Positions 19,901 to 30,100 of a DNA stretch of 64,000 nucleotides are shown one piece after another (position 1 is the stretch's first letter; each line of letters opens with the position of its first letter). Origin of the DNA: an uncultured virus (IMG/VR IMGVR_UViG_3300043427_003288) (lineage: Duplodnaviria > Heunggongvirae > Uroviricota > Caudoviricetes); IMG/VR virus record IMGVR_UViG_3300043427_003288; one strand, 5' to 3'. The position numbers and the translations under genes are program-made. The notes beneath the pieces are model-generated. The model did not search any database. It was not told the origin of the DNA and was given only the letters and a program-made list of their open reading frames with translations.

Positions 19901-22900
19901 CCAAATATTCCTGATCCAATGCGATTGGCTTTCGGAATAACTGGAGGAGAAAGAAGCGCCGATCTTAAAGGTTCTGTTTCTGATGGCGTTTTAAGAGGGT
20001 TTGCAAGTCAGGCAGTAAAAAATAATTTAGTTAAAGAAGAGGTCAGGGAAATGACTAATGCGCCAAAGAAAGTTGCCGCAAAAGGATTTGTTCCAAATTA
20101 TGCCGAAAAACTTACAGAAATGTATGATTGGGATGGCACTATCATTCCAAAAATCTCAGGAAAGCCCGAAGAATATATTCAGTCGATCCAGAAACTTGAA
20201 AAGAAGGATCTTCTTCCCGTGGGCAAAGAGCTTGCCGCTTCAAAAGAAAAGTTTGATATTGCAACTGCTAGACCAATTGCATTTAAAGATCCAATTAAAA
20301 ATGCAGCCCAAAATCTCGGGCTCAATGTTGAAAAAGTATTTCCTCTTGGATCAATGTTTGAAAATCGCAGGGCTCAAGGCAAAAGAGGTCCGAGAAAACT
20401 TTACACTCCAGAAAGAAAAGCATTATTCGCGGAGAAGACTGGTAGATCTATCGTTGATGATGAAGAAGAGAACTTGATGGCTCTTGGATCTCGCGGCATA
20501 AATGCAAATTTAAGAAATCGCGGCGCTTTTGGGTTTATTCCAAATTTTGCTTCTCAAAACGCAATAGACGCAATGAGAAGAATCGTCTCAGACCCTGCCG
20601 CTCCACAAGGAGAAAAAGATGCAGCGTCGTTAAAACTTTCTCAACTTACAAAAGTAAGTTCATTAAATAATCCAAGAGTTGCGGCGCAAAAGACCACAAA
20701 AATAAAGCTTCCAATAACTCAAGAGGACAAGGACTATCTTAATCAGAACAAGGAAAAAATTGTCGCAGGAATGGGCAGAAGTTTTGGAATGTTATTTAAT
20801 TTAGATGCTTTGGAGATGGGGGATTTAGGCTACGTAAAACGTTTGGATCCAATAGTTGCAAAAAAATTGTCGGAAATAGCGCAAAAACAAGGTGGCAGAG
20901 ATTCTATCAGATCTTTGGTTGATTTTGGATCTGCGGCGAAAGGGTATATTCCAAACTTTGCTGATCCACTGAAAGAGGCTGTTAATAGAGAAATCGCCGC
21001 TGGAATTAATCCCTCTCAGGTGCGCGTAACAAGAGATGATCGTTTAATGACAACCCGCAATCCAGAGGGGCTTGCGGTAATAAATACCAGAGATGAGCCA
21101 AACGGCAAAGTTCCTTCTAACAGAATAAACGAAAAGGATGGCAAAATGGCAGCAAAGGGCTTTGTGCCAAACTTTGCTATTGGTACGCCTAAAGGTGGAT
21201 ATAAAGCCGCAGAATCTTCAACTGGTGAAGCTGTAGGCATACCAAAAGATTTGCAGTCAAGTCTGATAGGATCAGCAAATAGACTTCTAAAACAATTTGA
21301 AGAAGGTGCAATTGACCAATCAAAGCTAAATGTAGCCATAAAAGATTTAGCGGCCAAGAATAATTTAACTGCTGAATCGACAAATAAATTGCAAACTCAA
21401 GTCGATGATTCAATAAAAAGATTTGAAAAGAATAAGGCTAAATCTGGCGGTGGAGGGGTTGGGCCAGACCAAGGCGGCGCTAAAGATGGAAGGTTTTCAT
21501 TAGATAAAACATTTTACGCTTTTTCTGGTCTAACTCTTGCCGCAAATGCGCTTGAGCAAGCTTTTGGAAAATCAGAAAGTGGGCTAGCAAAATTTGCAGT
21601 TGGTCTTGCAAGTGCTACTCAAGCAGCATCTCAAGGAGCGCTTCTGGGTCAATCGTTTGGAGATTTGACAAAAGGCTTGGTTGGAAAAGGCGGCGTTTTG
21701 GGGGCTTTAGGAAAAATTGGTAGCTTTGCTGGCCCTGCTGGTGCGGCTATAGGCTTGGGAGTTGGAATTTTTTCAGAAATTAATGATGTTATCAATGCTC
21801 CTCAAAGAAAAAGGGAAACAGATGCTGAAAAAAGAATAAATGAATTATCTTCTACTGCTTTAGATAAAGCAGATGAATTAAAAATATTTGAGGAGGAAAT
21901 AAGTAAAATACAAGCGCGGCAAAGAGAATTACAGCCTGGTGGGGAGGCCAGAGCACAAACTGCGGCCAATGTAGCTCAACAAAATCCTTTTGCCACTATG
22001 GGATTGGCAATGTCTATGCCAGAGCAGGACAAAAAGGATGATGAAGAAATTTTAAAACTTAGAGTTGATTTAGCGGCTACCGAGAAAAAAAGAAAAGAAA
22101 TTTTAGCAGAAATTGCGGTAAATAAGAAAAAAGAAGAAAGGGCAGTTCAAAGAGAGGCGCAAGAATTAATTAAAAGAGTTGCTTTAACTACACAAATAAC
22201 AGCCTTAAATGAAGCTAATGCCAGAGGGGAAAATGCGGCCTTGGAACTAAGGGCAAAAAGGCAGTCCGATTTAATTAAAAATTCTATTTTTCTTACAGAC
22301 ACCCAAAAACAAAGCCTACAAGACGCTGAAACTTTAACTCAGTTAGACGAAAAAAGAGATGATTTAAAAAAATCAATTCTTTTAAGCACTGTCAAAGAGT
22401 TGGGTCAAGGCAAGCTTACTACTGTTGAGGAGCAAAAATTAAATATCTTAAGAAAAAGGCTAGAAGCAGGAGAAAAAATAACCGATATTGAAAAAGAGTT
22501 AAATGCATTAGGCATTCAGGGAAATAGTGAAGCTGGAATTAAAATTACGAATGCTCTTTCTGAGTTCAGAATAAAAGATGGTCAATTGGTTGTAGAAAAA
22601 AATATCACAAGAGAAAGACAAGCCGCAAACAAAGAGGCAAAAACAGCTTTAGAGATAGAAAAAATAAGATTGAGTTATTTAGAACAGAGTTTTAAAGCGC
22701 AAAAAGAAATTGAAGATATTATGATTGCTGGAGATAGAGCTATACAAGAAGCGCAGTTAAGAACTCCTGTAGCTCAACTAGAAAACCAAATTGCAACTCA
22801 GCCATTCGCTACAAGAGGGCAGGAGGCTCAACTGGCAAAATTGAGAGAAGAATTTGCCAAATTATCCGCTCAAAGAAAAATCGATAATGATTTTGCGGAC

Positions 22901-24703
22901 ATTCAAAGAAGAAATTTTGACGAATTAAAAAATTCGATTATTTCTAATGTTGAAGCCGCAAATGAGCTTAACGGAGAGTTCGTAAAAGGTTTAGTTTCTG
23001 ACGCTAGAAAAGCACAAAGCCTTCAAGATTTAATTAATGTAATATCTGAATTAGAAGAGGCAGAAAAAACTTTGTCTGAAACGGAATCTAATTCAATAGC
23101 TAGGGAGCAAGCTACAAAGACTTTAAATGCAGCTACAGAGGCATTAAGAAAGAATAATTTAAATGTTGCTCAGGCAAAGGTTTTACTTGAAGAATATAAT
23201 AAACAACAGCAAAGGCAGATTGAATTTCGAACAAAGCTAGCTCAGTTAAGAGACGAATCTCCAGCCAAAGCTGGAATGTTCGCAGCATTTAACGAAATTG
23301 AACAAGAGTCTTATAACTTCCAAGAGACATTTGCCAAAAATACCACTCTTGCATTTAGAGACGGAATGAGAGACGCTTTGTCAGCAGCAATCTCTCAAAC
23401 TGATGATCTTGGTGCTGCTTTGCAAGATGTTGCAATGAACTTTTTGAAGACTATGCAGAATGCGTTCTTGCAGCAGGCTTCTAATCAGGCAATGATTGGT
23501 TTGCAGAATGCTTTCCCAACTGTATTTCCAAAAGGTCCGGCTCAAGGAGCTACTGGTGGTTTTGTTAGTGGCGGAAAAATTATAAAAGGGTACGCAACTG
23601 GCGGATTGGTTACTGGGGGTAGCGGATACAAAGACGATGTGCCAGCGATGCTTAGTCAAGGCGAGTATGTTATTCGCAAATCTTCTGTGGAAAAATATGG
23701 CGCCGCAAATCTTGAAAAAATGAACTCTGGGGGAATGCCCAGATTTGCTGCTGGCGGTGATATTTTCCTTCCTGGTGTTCGCGGACAAACCGCAATTTCT
23801 GGCTACAAGGATCTAACTAGATTCGCAAATCAAACTACAACTAGTGGCTCAACAGATGTAATGAAAGGCAGTGGATCTTCTGCGTTCATTAATCTTGAAG
23901 ACCAGAGCATGAGACTTTCAAGGTTCGCCCTTCTTAACGAAGATGATATAGTTAATCAAGAAATTAAATCGGCGCAACAGCAAGGGCTAGATCTAATAAA
24001 ACAAAGAGAAGCTTATAGAACGCAGCAAAGAAAAGCGTTCCAAAAGCAATTGAAGCAAACAGTGATTTCAGCAGCATTGAATGCTGGACTTGGAGCATTA
24101 AGCGCTCCTAGCCCAACAGGTACATACTCTGGAAAAGGAATTGGTTCCGAATTATATTCTCAGAGCAAAATGGCTCCTGGGACTTCTCCATTAAGTACGG
24201 GACCATCATTTTTTAGTTCATCTGGACCAGCTTCTTTTGGTGGATATTCCACTCTAACGCCAAGAGCACCATTTAAGGCTTATGGTGGGTCGATTTCCAA
24301 ATATGCAGATGGCGGTCCAGTTGATAAAATTCCCGCTCTTCTTATGGACGGCGAATATGTAATGAGCAACAAAGCCGTAAAGAAGCACGGAAAGCAGTTT
24401 TTTGATTCATTGAATCAAGGTCGCGCTCCAAGATTTGCCAACGGCGGCGAAGTTGGAGGCGGCGGTGAAATGCTGGGCGAAAAGTTTGATAATCTTTCCA
24501 GCAAGCTAGAAACGAGGGGAGCACCAGAAGTTAATATCACCGTCAACGTAACAAGCTCTGGATCTTCAGAAACTAAAGCTCAAGGTGAATCAGCCCAAGG
24601 CGGCATAGACTATAAGAAAATGTCAGAAAAGATTAAAGCTGTAGTTCTCGAAACCATTAACGAGGAAAAGCGCTTGGGCGGATCGCTGAGATCAGGTAGA
24701 TAA
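16961..24703 (+). CDS. tail tape measure protein (TP901-type core) with inserted globular domains
   Basis: N-terminal core (AALEFSRQG, AVSAEDLANGLARAGS, GAVIGNALKTIFTRL), long coiled coil, C-terminal xAxGG and D.VPA.L..GEYV repeats. Confidence 0.9.
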   Translation: MAKGITVPVTQTGLSQSIQNAVKQVGGISVPVDIDSRSFKNLSQPLGRITGLATEFEKSIAASNARVIAFGASVGIINGIQGAFAELLRTGIEVQKILADIAAISGQSGAELSKFGDSIFDVAKNTSQSFKVAAQAALEFSRQGLSTDETIRRTNDALTLVRFTTLNAAEAVDVLTAATNSFSDTGITTSEILNKLVAVDTKFAVSAEDLANGLARAGSIAQEVGVSFDELNAAITITQERTARGGAVIGNALKTIFTRLRSDETVNALRSIGVESLNAQGGLKGAIPLLQEVATKIENLSGGERVQILEAIASKYNINILSALLNDLNAANGKFAEVVQISGSAQNQAYERQIELNKTLAAQINLTTVSVTQLFNKLAEIGVTESLTSILKFVNDLLDGFNKLLDSETTGSNIAKGLIKGISDVFFTVGLPIIGAIFIKLTKDIAQFGVESLKTILGINQQVRERQALEQAVVNTLIKDRDVMASILALSGDRAKQEEYLLNVYNRQISALERVQSIATSVAPALVQGGLSATSGTVQRRAADGYLPAQEAADVKRGVGGADKNAKVVKIPNFSFGGGKKGTMYANTSEYIVPNYNGGDGTAIFNKDMVSKYGKPENAKKINAATGYIPNYIKTQPKNIQAIRQGKKFEQSLNLKLFGEASYAANAVLDFPKPEGFGADSEVKKELGINPQSEYGDAKRTQSRKSEKSLLDKYLRTPEGSAEFLNAKETARGFINLNPKGLSMLFLEQGQDAKETAYLGTKESILSEKTKDLIKTKFGDKKASKTIAMPYIADKINKSELSAKKASTGYIPNFQQQAVGEKQLTAKEKELKTKAEKVINNRVGNTFGTAAMLVKDQDDEQKVRTDKTYPWGFEPKEPENKIFGRVKFPVYGLKDSGLQQAKLGAVPKIKEPLDKIALDFGTSVSSDLAGRQVSQAEYQQSYKKSFGAAGAFGGVVGGIFESAARVAFNFESDKVNTLDVPNIPDPMRLAFGITGGERSADLKGSVSDGVLRGFASQAVKNNLVKEEVREMTNAPKKVAAKGFVPNYAEKLTEMYDWDGTIIPKISGKPEEYIQSIQKLEKKDLLPVGKELAASKEKFDIATARPIAFKDPIKNAAQNLGLNVEKVFPLGSMFENRRAQGKRGPRKLYTPERKALFAEKTGRSIVDDEEENLMALGSRGINANLRNRGAFGFIPNFASQNAIDAMRRIVSDPAAPQGEKDAASLKLSQLTKVSSLNNPRVAAQKTTKIKLPITQEDKDYLNQNKEKIVAGMGRSFGMLFNLDALEMGDLGYVKRLDPIVAKKLSEIAQKQGGRDSIRSLVDFGSAAKGYIPNFADPLKEAVNREIAAGINPSQVRVTRDDRLMTTRNPEGLAVINTRDEPNGKVPSNRINEKDGKMAAKGFVPNFAIGTPKGGYKAAESSTGEAVGIPKDLQSSLIGSANRLLKQFEEGAIDQSKLNVAIKDLAAKNNLTAESTNKLQTQVDDSIKRFEKNKAKSGGGGVGPDQGGAKDGRFSLDKTFYAFSGLTLAANALEQAFGKSESGLAKFAVGLASATQAASQGALLGQSFGDLTKGLVGKGGVLGALGKIGSFAGPAGAAIGLGVGIFSEINDVINAPQRKRETDAEKRINELSSTALDKADELKIFEEEISKIQARQRELQPGGEARAQTAANVAQQNPFATMGLAMSMPEQDKKDDEEILKLRVDLAATEKKRKEILAEIAVNKKKEERAVQREAQELIKRVALTTQITALNEANARGENAALELRAKRQSDLIKNSIFLTDTQKQSLQDAETLTQLDEKRDDLKKSILLSTVKELGQGKLTTVEEQKLNILRKRLEAGEKITDIEKELNALGIQGNSEAGIKITNALSEFRIKDGQLVVEKNITRERQAANKEAKTALEIEKIRLSYLEQSFKAQKEIEDIMIAGDRAIQEAQLRTPVAQLENQIATQPFATRGQEAQLAKLREEFAKLSAQRKIDNDFADIQRRNFDELKNSIISNVEAANELNGEFVKGLVSDARKAQSLQDLINVISELEEAEKTLSETESNSIAREQATKTLNAATEALRKNNLNVAQAKVLLEEYNKQQQRQIEFRTKLAQLRDESPAKAGMFAAFNEIEQESYNFQETFAKNTTLAFRDGMRDALSAAISQTDDLGAALQDVAMNFLKTMQNAFLQQASNQAMIGLQNAFPTVFPKGPAQGATGGFVSGGKIIKGYATGGLVTGGSGYKDDVPAMLSQGEYVIRKSSVEKYGAANLEKMNSGGMPRFAAGGDIFLPGVRGQTAISGYKDLTRFANQTTTSGSTDVMKGSGSSAFINLEDQSMRLSRFALLNEDDIVNQEIKSAQQQGLDLIKQREAYRTQQRKAFQKQLKQTVISAALNAGLGALSAPSPTGTYSGKGIGSELYSQSKMAPGTSPLSTGPSFFSSSGPASFGGYSTLTPRAPFKAYGGSISKYADGGPVDKIPALLMDGEYVMSNKAVKKHGKQFFDSLNQGRAPRFANGGEVGGGGEMLGEKFDNLSSKLETRGAPEVNITVNVTSSGSSETKAQGESAQGGIDYKKMSEKIKAVVLETINEEKRLGGSLRSGR

Positions 24704-25473
24704 TGAAATCTTCCGTATCAAATTATGAGAGCAATTTTTACCTCAGTGGCGTCAAAATACTTGGCGTTTCTGATGTAAATTTTGGCTATTCAGTTCCTGT
24801 TGAGCATTTAAGCGTCATTGGCTATAGAAAGTTTAATACTTTTATAAGCGGTCCGCCTCAAGGGAATTTGAGCGTTCAAAAATACTTGTGCCAAAATGAT
24901 CATATTTTAAATTATACTGGAGCAATACAGGCGAGCGGCGGCTTATTCTATAATAATAAAAATTTTACTTTTCAATCCGCTTATTTAAATTCTTTTAATG
25001 TTTCCTGCGCGGTGGGCAACTTTCCTCAGTTATCTGCCGATTTCTCAATATTTGGCAACGTGGGAACTGGACTTGGATTTACGACTAGTTCTACAAGTAA
25101 TCCTTTATCAGTTGTTAGACCGGGCGATATTTTAATTCGATGCGATGGTACAGGAACAAATAGAGTAGAAGCCTTCACTTATACTGTGGAGTGTCCGCGC
25201 ATGCCCATTTACCACCCAACTGGATCAACTCCAATGGAAGTGGAAACGATTAGACCATATAGAGTTAGCGCCCAATTTACTCTTGGCGTATACGATTACG
25301 AATCAAAAAGAGCTTTTGATTATATTGTAGACTCAAATAAGCAAAATATTAATATAGCTATAGGGTCATTAGCCACCTTTACTGTTAATAATATGGAATT
25401 CATAGGAGAATCAATCAATAGCTCCGCTACGGACGAGGTCTCCATGACGCTTAATTATCAGGGATTTATCTAA
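24703..25473 (+). CDS. tail-tube-like tail tip protein
   Basis: Immediately after the tape measure gene; strand pattern resembles the tail tube protein. Confidence 0.55.
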   Translation: MKSSVSNYESNFYLSGVKILGVSDVNFGYSVPVEHLSVIGYRKFNTFISGPPQGNLSVQKYLCQNDHILNYTGAIQASGGLFYNNKNFTFQSAYLNSFNVSCAVGNFPQLSADFSIFGNVGTGLGFTTSSTSNPLSVVRPGDILIRCDGTGTNRVEAFTYTVECPRMPIYHPTGSTPMEVETIRPYRVSAQFTLGVYDYESKRAFDYIVDSNKQNINIAIGSLATFTVNNMEFIGESINSSATDEVSMTLNYQGFI

Positions 25474-27134
25474 TGTCTTTCTTTTACGACAGAGACCAAA
25501 ATGTAACTGGGACAATTCCTTCGTCCTTTACTTTTGTGCCTTCGTATGGAATGCAAGTCTCATTCTCTTCTGAGCTTGCAGAATACACGACAGTTGACAA
25601 TTATCTTTATACAATCCCAAAGGCAGTTAATCATTTGCAAATGCAAATTGCTATGCCTTTTGAAAACAGAAAACAAGAAGAAGCAAGAAAGCTTGCTGGA
25701 TTTTTCGAAGGCTTAAACGGCACAGGGTATTTTTTATATACAGATCCAGCGCAGATATATAAGCCTCTTAATTTATTTTTAAATAGTATAGATAATTCTT
25801 TTGTTGAAAATGATCTATATACATTAGGTGCGACTTTATCTACAGATCAAATTTCAACCGTTTTAAATTGGAATCAGCCACTGATAACAGGCTCAAATAT
25901 AAAAGGTAATTGGGCAACTTCAACAAGCTATCAGAAGTATGATGTTGTAAGATATACAGGGAATGCTACATTTCCAAGCAATACAGGTAATCTATACGAT
26001 TCATTTTATTACTGCAAAGAGGCTCATACTTCTCAATCGTCAATTACTCCAGCTTCGGTTGATACGGTAAAATGGTCAAAGGATTTTTTCTTTCAGCCAA
26101 CTTATTCCACACCGCTTTCGAAAGAAAGCGCCGTGATAAAAACTGAACTGCCTTATTCGTTTACAAAAAGAACAAATTTTGGTTTGCACGCAAACGCATT
26201 AAAGTCTTTTAAACTAGATTTTAAGGGGGTAAGTGATGCCGAGGCTAGATGCATTCTTCACTTTTTAATAGGTAGGCAAGGGTACAAAAGGTTCCAGTAT
26301 AAAATACCAAAAATATATAACCAATTCAAGATATTTTATGCGCCGCAATGGAGTCATACTTTTGTTTATAAAAATGTAAATGATATATCGGTGACTTTGA
26401 TTGAAGATCCTCTTGGCAGGGTCAGCGAAGATATTACTAGTATATCTACTAATGGATTAATGTGTTATCTAGATCCATCTAATAGGGCTTCATATAGAAG
26501 TGGAGTCACTGTTTATGATTTGAGTGGGTCTGTCAACTCTGGAACACTGTATAATGGAGCAACGTTTGCTTCTAGAAATAGAGGTGTTTTTTCTTTTGAC
26601 GGGACTGATGATTATGTATCCGTAGCCTCCCCAAGTAATAAATTTGCTTGGAATCCAACTTCTACTTCAACTTTAAATAGCATAAGTATAGAGATATGGG
26701 TAAAGACGAGCGATACTGTTGGAAGAATAGTCTCTAAGCCTTGGAATGCAAATGGGGGATACAATTATTGGGTAGATGGTAGCGGCTTTGGCATAACTCC
26801 TGGCACTTCTTCTTATGTTCTTCCATGCACTTCTTTTGCTACAGGAAATTGGGAGCATTTTGTATATATTGCGACACCAACTCAGCTTTCTGTTTATAGA
26901 CGAGGAGTTTTAGACGCAGGTCCAGTGAATCATGGATTAAATGAAAACCCTCCAGCGAACAATAGTAATTTAAATCTCGCAATAATGACTTTATTTCCGT
27001 ATGAAGGGTCATTTGATTTTCCGAGCCATGCTATAGCTGGAGAACTTGGCGCTTTTAGATTCTACAATCGCGCTTTAACCCAAGAAGAAATAATTACCAA
27101 CTTTAACGCAGGAAGAGATAGGTTTAAAATTTAA
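25473..27134 (+). CDS. minor/distal tail protein with a carbohydrate-binding-like insert and C-terminal LamG domain
   Basis: Duplicated F.F.P.Y...L.F......EAR....F unit; W.....Y...DVV.Y...YYC..AHTS insert; LamG from about 26440. Confidence 0.6.
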   Translation: MSFFYDRDQNVTGTIPSSFTFVPSYGMQVSFSSELAEYTTVDNYLYTIPKAVNHLQMQIAMPFENRKQEEARKLAGFFEGLNGTGYFLYTDPAQIYKPLNLFLNSIDNSFVENDLYTLGATLSTDQISTVLNWNQPLITGSNIKGNWATSTSYQKYDVVRYTGNATFPSNTGNLYDSFYYCKEAHTSQSSITPASVDTVKWSKDFFFQPTYSTPLSKESAVIKTELPYSFTKRTNFGLHANALKSFKLDFKGVSDAEARCILHFLIGRQGYKRFQYKIPKIYNQFKIFYAPQWSHTFVYKNVNDISVTLIEDPLGRVSEDITSISTNGLMCYLDPSNRASYRSGVTVYDLSGSVNSGTLYNGATFASRNRGVFSFDGTDDYVSVASPSNKFAWNPTSTSTLNSISIEIWVKTSDTVGRIVSKPWNANGGYNYWVDGSGFGITPGTSSYVLPCTSFATGNWEHFVYIATPTQLSVYRRGVLDAGPVNHGLNENPPANNSNLNLAIMTLFPYEGSFDFPSHAIAGELGAFRFYNRALTQEEIITNFNAGRDRFKI

Positions 27135-27135
27135 T

Positions 27136-30100
27136 ATGGGCAGACCAATTTCATACGAAATGCAGATGATGTTTGTGGGCTCTGTTGGAGCTTTTGAAGA
27201 GGCCATGAACACAGGCAGCGGAATTAGCCGCCTTGATTTTATTCAAGGCTATGATTTTTCTTTTAATATAGACAGACCTGCGCTGAAACAAATTGGCTCC
27301 GATTCTTTTGCAACAAGACAAACTCAGTTCGCTCCAGATGTTAATTTTAACATTCAATATCTTTTGAACGATGGCTGGAATGAGAAATATATTGGATTGG
27401 ATATACCACAAGGAAGCTTGTCTAACCCATTTGATACAATTCTTTCTTCAACTGGAGATCGAAACTTTTATGTAAGCGTGGCAAAAAATGATGGCAAAGA
27501 CCAGAATTTGCAAAGCGAAATTGTTAATAGTAATATTTTATCGATAGGCAATGCTTATATCAGCAGTTATGAAATTAGCGTAGCTGTAAATCAGCTAGCA
27601 ACAGTCTCCTGCTCTTTTGTCGGCTCAAATGCCAGTGTTCAAGATTATGAAACTTCTAAGTATTTGCCATCTGTAAATAGTGCCGTTACTGGTCAAAACG
27701 CCGAAGATGCTAATAAAAAATTTGCTCTTAAATTCTTAAATAATAATAGAAATCAAGCCTATATTCCAAAAGCTACTGAAACTTTTGCAGGAGGTTGTCC
27801 GTATAGCAAATGTAAAATAACTCCAGATTTCCAATCTGATGGAGTGAAGTCTCCAATTACTTTTGGGTTTTTTGACGCTGTTGCAAATAACTTTCAAAGT
27901 ATGCAGTTTGCTGTTCAGTTTGAACGGAAATCTCTTTATGGGTTTGGGAACAATCATCCATACGGTAGAAAAATTCAAAGGCCAATAGTTGCAACTTTAG
28001 CATTGTCGGCGCTGATTGATGATTTTCAGGCCGAAAATTTAAGCAAAGTTTTTCATAACGAAGGTTGGTCAAAAAGTTCTATCTTGATAGAATTCTTTAA
28101 TTTGTCTGATGTTAAGAAGTTTACAATATCTTTAAATAATTTAACTTTAGAGTCTTATTCGCTAGGAGCAAGGATTGGGGATAGGGTTTTGGTAGACACT
28201 AATTGGACAGTTGAAGTTAATAATGGGGGTGGGTCAAATGTAGAGATGGGCGGCTCTTATAGATATGGGACTCTTGATGTCACGCTTGTTAACGAGTCTT
28301 TTTCCATGCCTCAATTTCTTTCACAAATTGTTAGTGTTGCCGGATTGCCTTATGCGATAACTAAAGATGGCAATTTATTTTCTTGGGGTTTTTTCGCACA
28401 AACGCCTGCTTCAGACGCTGGAATAATTCCAAGAAAAGTTTTTAATAGAAGTGGCGTATCGTTGCTTGCAGATAGCTCTGGTTATTCTAGAATGTTTTTA
28501 GATAAAAACGGAAAAGCTTGGGCATGGGGAGATAATTACTATGGGTCGATTGGAGACGGAACAGTAATTTCTAGAAGTTCTCCTGTTTCAGTAATTGGAA
28601 ATAAAACATTTTGTCAAATAGCGACCAATTCATTTACTTCTTTTGGGGTTGATAAAAATGGAACAGCTTGGGGATGGGGAAGGACGCCTTTTGTTGGAAT
28701 AAACGTTACTACTGAAGGTTGTACGATTTCTCCAGTTCAAATTCTTAATTATGCGCCTTATGTTCCTTATACAGTTTGTTTTTGTAAAATATCTGTGGGC
28801 GATAGGTTTGCTTTGTGCATAGATCAAAATGGTAAAGCTTGGGGCTGGGGGGCGAATGACAATGCTCAATTAGGGATTGGTAGCATTAATGCTGGATGGG
28901 CACTCTTAAAACCAGTTTGTGGCAACAAAACGTTTTGTAAAATATCCGCTGGGTATGATCACTCGCTAGCCATTGATAAAAATGGAAAAGCGTGGGCTTG
29001 GGGCAGGGGAGACATAGGATCAGTTGGTGGTGGTGTATTAAAATGCACTCCAGTTGCAGTTTCTGGAAATATAACATTTTGTCGCATTAGCGGTGGATTT
29101 TTGAATTCTGGAGGTATTGATAAAAATGGAGAAGCTTGGCAGTGGGGAGGCGCAGTATCTCAGTATCCACTTAAAGTATCTGGTAGTAAAAAAACATTTT
29201 GTCAAATAAAAGCCGCAGGGTCTGTCTATTATGCTATAGATAACAATAATAGAGCTTGGGGCTGGGGAGATCCAAGAAATGGAAAGTTTGGCAATCCTAT
29301 ATTCGCAAATCGTAGAACGCCAACGGCCATAGGCGGCTCAACTAAAACTTTTTGTAAAGTATCAGCGCTTGTAGCTATTGATAAAAAAGGAAAAGCTTGG
29401 GCGTGGGGATATAATGAATACGGGTCGGTTGGGGATGGTTCTACGTCAATAAGATGTACGCCAGTTTCAGTTTACGGAAATAAAACATTTTGTGAAATAG
29501 CGAGCCTAGCAAACAGTGTATTAGCAATAGATAAAAATGGTAAAGCTTGGGGCTGGGGAAATAATTCACTTGGACAGTTGGGAGATGGGACATCAATTAA
29601 TAACTTGACCCCAGTTTCAGTTTATGGAAACAGAACATTTTGCAAAATAGCTAGTGGAGGCTCTACATCTATCGCTATTGACAAAAATGGTAAAGCTTGG
29701 GGCTGGGGGTTTAATTACTATGGGCAGGCTGGTATTGGTCAAGGAATTGAAGTTTCCTTAACTCCAATGTCAATAGTTGGAAATAAAACTTTTTGTCAAA
29801 TATATAATCTAAACATTGGGACTTTTGGAATTGATAAAAATGGCAAGGCGTGGGGTTGGGGATATAATTATGGAGGAGAGCTTGGAGTAGGAGCAGGATC
29901 TTATTCGAATAATTATTCTCCATTAGAAGTACTGGGAGGCAAAACTTTTTGTCAAATATTTTATGGAGGATCAAGCTCTATCGGTCTTGATAAAAATGGA
30001 AAAGTTTGGTCATGGGGTCCATATCCTACAAATATAGGTACTAATGAATATGGAGATCCTTTAGAGTTTGTTGGTTCTCCAATGGCTGTTTGCACAAACA

